This document shows positions 61,372 to 64,000 of a DNA stretch of 64,000 nucleotides, piece after piece. The stretch spans positions 224,001 through 288,000 of the forward strand of contig OY782391.1 of assembly GCA_963677745.1 (NCBI GenBank). The letters run 5' to 3'. The notes under the pieces were generated by a model, which saw only the letters and a list, made by a program, of their open reading frames with translations, had not been told where the DNA came from and made no database searches. Within the stretch, counting starts at the first letter, position 1. Each line of letters begins with the position of its first letter. Position numbers and translations under genes: made by a program. The DNA comes from Candidatus Altimarinota bacterium. GTDB lineage: Bacteria > Patescibacteriota > Gracilibacteria > UBA1369.

Positions 61372-62667
61372 ATGATTAAATACATCTTTTTTCTGGGCAG
61401 AAAGCCGCTTTTATCGCTGGCCGAACTGGTAAGTGTCTTGCCCCCGGAAACCGAATACCTGGCCCTGCAGAAAGAATTTCTGTCAGTCGCCCTGCCCGCC
61501 GAGCTGCCAACTCCCCAAAAGCTTCTGGACCGGCTGGGAGGTACTACCAAAATCGTCAAAGTAGATCTGGAATCCCGCTCCGGGCAATTGGCCCAAATGA
61601 TCAGCGACCTGGCCGCCGAGAAGTTTCAGGGACGGACAGACAAGATCCGCTATGCCATTTCGTTACACAGTCTGACAGGAACTTCTGAACAGCTGTTAAA
61701 AAATTCCTTGATGCTGACTAAAAAGAAACTGAAAAAATCAGAACTATCCAGCCGTTTTGTAAACAATAATTTCCAGAATCCCCCCACCGCTCTGCTGCTC
61801 GGGGAAAACATCCTTGGTAAAGGCGCCGAGTTTTGCGCCGTAGAAATGGATGGCGGAAACTGGCAAATCGGACAAACCGTCGCCATCCAGAATATCAATG
61901 ACTACACCGCCCGCGACTTTGAGCGTCCGGAACGGGACCCCAAACTGGGTATGCTGCCGCCAAAACTGGCCCAGATTCTGATCAACCTGTCGGGAGTCCG
62001 GCCGGAAGCCGCCGATTCCGAAAAAAGCTCAATTTATGATCCTTTCTGCGGTATCGGGACGATCCTGATGGAAGGAATACTGATGGGAATGGATGTGACG
62101 GGATCCGACCTCTCCGCCGAAAATATCGACAAATGCCGCAAAAACCTGGACTGGCTGAATAAGATGGTTACCGATAAAAGAGCCGCCCTGGTGGCACGTC
62201 TCGGAGCTGAAGCCGTCGACAAACAGCCTCTGGGAAAATCACGGCTTTTCAATAAAGACGCCACCAAAATCATCAAGTCCGACCTGCCGACGAATTTGGG
62301 CGCCATAGTCAGTGAAACATTTTTGGGCCCGCCGGTCAGCCGTACCCCCACACCCAGTCAGATTGAGGAAACCCAGGCCATGGTGGAAAACCTGCTGGCA
62401 GGTTTTCTGACCAATCTGCAGCCGCTTCTGCCTAAAAACGCCACCGTGGTTTTGACCCTGCTGGCTTATCGTGACGAAAACCGCTACTTGACCCTGACCA
62501 AACTCCATCAGCATTTGGAAAAATTCGGATTCGCTGCCGATCCATTGCTGCCCGAACCGGTCATCAAAGCGCTCGGCCTGGACGCCAAAGCCGCCGAAAC
62601 CATGATCTACGAGCGCCCCGACCAGACCGTCTGCCGCGAGATTGTCAGGCTGAAACCGCTCCCCTGA
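61372..62667 (+). CDS. TRM11/Trm14-like SAM-dependent RNA methyltransferase
   Basis: R......GMLPPKLAQI.IN, YDPFCG.GTI..E, GSD, IVSE.FLG. Confidence 0.82.
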   Translation: MIKYIFFLGRKPLLSLAELVSVLPPETEYLALQKEFLSVALPAELPTPQKLLDRLGGTTKIVKVDLESRSGQLAQMISDLAAEKFQGRTDKIRYAISLHSLTGTSEQLLKNSLMLTKKKLKKSELSSRFVNNNFQNPPTALLLGENILGKGAEFCAVEMDGGNWQIGQTVAIQNINDYTARDFERPERDPKLGMLPPKLAQILINLSGVRPEAADSEKSSIYDPFCGIGTILMEGILMGMDVTGSDLSAENIDKCRKNLDWLNKMVTDKRAALVARLGAEAVDKQPLGKSRLFNKDATKIIKSDLPTNLGAIVSETFLGPPVSRTPTPSQIEETQAMVENLLAGFLTNLQPLLPKNATVVLTLLAYRDENRYLTLTKLHQHLEKFGFAADPLLPEPVIKALGLDAKAAETMIYERPDQTVCREIVRLKPLP

Positions 62668-62781
62668 AGCCGCTTTATTTCCCGCCCAAAAAACATTGCC
62701 ATTGGCAGATATTTTGCTATATTAAATGCGCTCTGCTCATCTGTTCTTTGGCAGAGTATGTTCCTTTCACAATCAGAGTAT

Positions 62782-62856
62782 TCCCCTGTAGCTCAGTGGT
62801 AGAGCAACCGGCTGTTAACCGGTAGGTCACTGGTTCGAGCCCAGTCGGGGGAGCCA
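62782..62856 (+). tRNA. tRNA-Asn(GTT)
   Basis: TCCCCTG acceptor, anticodon arm ACCGG-CTGTTAA-CCGGT, TTCGAGC, encoded CCA. Confidence 0.96.
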
Positions 62857-62870
62857 ATAAGAACAGACTA

Positions 62871-62894
62871 AAGCCCTTTGAAACAAGGGCTTTT
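62871..62894. terminator. Terminator after tRNA-Asn
   Basis: AAAGCCCTT-TGAAAC-AAGGGCTTTT. Confidence 0.7.
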
Positions 62895-62920
62895 GTAGGT
62901 CTGTATAACACAAAATCGAC

Positions 62921-64000
62921 TTAGATCATCTCTACCGGAATATCTCGAGATAAACACCACTCCCTAATTAACTGTACCGCTGAATCCTCCCCCTGTGGAG
63001 TTAAATCAGCTCTAATAATCACTTTTTTTATCATCGCATTGGTAATTGGACTACCAATCTGCGCCTCAATATAATCATGATTTCCCCCCTGACAATTGGC
63101 AGTATTAAAAATTGCTTTGGCAATCGCTACATGGTCTTTATGCAGCTCTCTGTACCTTATTTCAGTCTGATCAGTAGGCATATTTTCTCGAATATATGCT
63201 GGCACTCCGCTGTAATTTAACGAATCGCCTTCTGTAAAGGTGGCATTTTCGGCCAGCAATTCAAAATCAAATACAAACTCCACATTTCCATAATGACCTT
63301 TAAGAGCTAAATCATGTTCATTGTGGTAGTCTCCGACCGCCAGGTGATATACAAATTCCCCCTGCCAGCCTAGCTCTGTTTCATATTGTTGCCGCCTGGG
63401 TTCAATTTCCCTTGGCCGGTCGTTAGCACCCACCTCCCAGATATTTTTCAAGATCCCGCTTTTTAGAAACTTGACGGCATTATTTGGCTTCATATTCATT
63501 ACCATACACCTGCTCTGTTTGATCTTTTCAATTTCACTTAAAAACTGTTCGCTATTAATCCCCCAGCCGCTTCTTGCCTGGGCAGCAACCGCCGCTCTGA
63601 TATTTTTGAATGAACGAACAAGACTGACTTTAACCGCATTTGATAAAGGCTTATCTATAGAGGCAGCTATTGCTTCCTGTTCCACTTCAGTTGTTATATC
63701 CAAACTCTGGAACAGCTGCAGAATCTGTTTTTCCCTATCAAGATGCTCAGGTAAGCGGTCAAACACATACCAATCTCTCTTTCCAACTCCCGTACCAGAG
63801 ACATGAGGCTCGCAAAATTCATGGATCATTTTAGTACAGGTAGTAAAGTCTGCCTGGCTGACTTGCTGCCTGGAAATATTAATTTCAGCTCTCTTTTGGG
63901 AAATTTCAATTGCGTTAAATGATGCAAATATTTTTTCAGCCAAGGTCTGATCATAGATCAGATCATTAGGTTTTAATATTGTGTTTTTTCTAATCTGATC
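62921..64000 (-). CDS. DUF3626-like protein (5' partial)
   Basis: YG...F.......ATFT.GDS...YIEAQI motifs; frame is open to the window end. Confidence 0.6.
   Translation of the reverse strand, partial: DQIRKNTILKPNDLIYDQTLAEKIFASFNAIEISQKRAEINISRQQVSQADFTTCTKMIHEFCEPHVSGTGVGKRDWYVFDRLPEHLDREKQILQLFQSLDITTEVEQEAIAASIDKPLSNAVKVSLVRSFKNIRAAVAAQARSGWGINSEQFLSEIEKIKQSRCMVMNMKPNNAVKFLKSGILKNIWEVGANDRPREIEPRRQQYETELGWQGEFVYHLAVGDYHNEHDLALKGHYGNVEFVFDFELLAENATFTEGDSLNYSGVPAYIRENMPTDQTEIRYRELHKDHVAIAKAIFNTANCQGGNHDYIEAQIGSPITNAMIKKVIIRADLTPQGEDSAVQLIREWCLSRDIPVEMI

Overview
Bacterial chromosomal segment in genetic code 11 (TGA is used as a stop). It is most consistent with a Patescibacteria/CPR lineage, possibly Peregrinibacteria-like, inferred from several SLH proteins, mostly SD-less AT-rich leaders and scattered housekeeping genes. 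Core genes: recO (partial), a long RelA/SpoT homologue, rplY, ybaB, mltG, dnaA, rseP, frr, pyrH, groES/groEL with a CIRCE operator, rny, ccdA-dsbA, bcp, gmk, ssb, a complete F1Fo ATP synthase operon and tRNAs Arg(CCG), Gln(CTG) and Asn(GTT). The main discovery is an integron-like gene-cassette system at about 14.7-22.6 kb. A 270-aa tyrosine recombinase with intact catalytic residues but no IntI-specific insertion lies divergent from an attI-like site. About 10-11 mostly single-gene cassettes follow, separated by non-canonical attC-like hairpins in three sequence families. In intact cassettes the starting GTT-Nn is complementary over 7-10 bp to the Nn-AAC that ends the same cassette, not to the other end of the same site, which is the footprint expected of circular-cassette shuffling. 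The sites erode away from the integrase and the array fades into about 10 kb of small, mostly co-oriented accessory genes. Other leads: an apparently hydrolase-dead RSH, an RNase Y with altered HD ligands, two promoter-driven candidate structured RNAs, tRNA-derived hairpin elements and a DUF3626-like gene beside tRNA-Asn.
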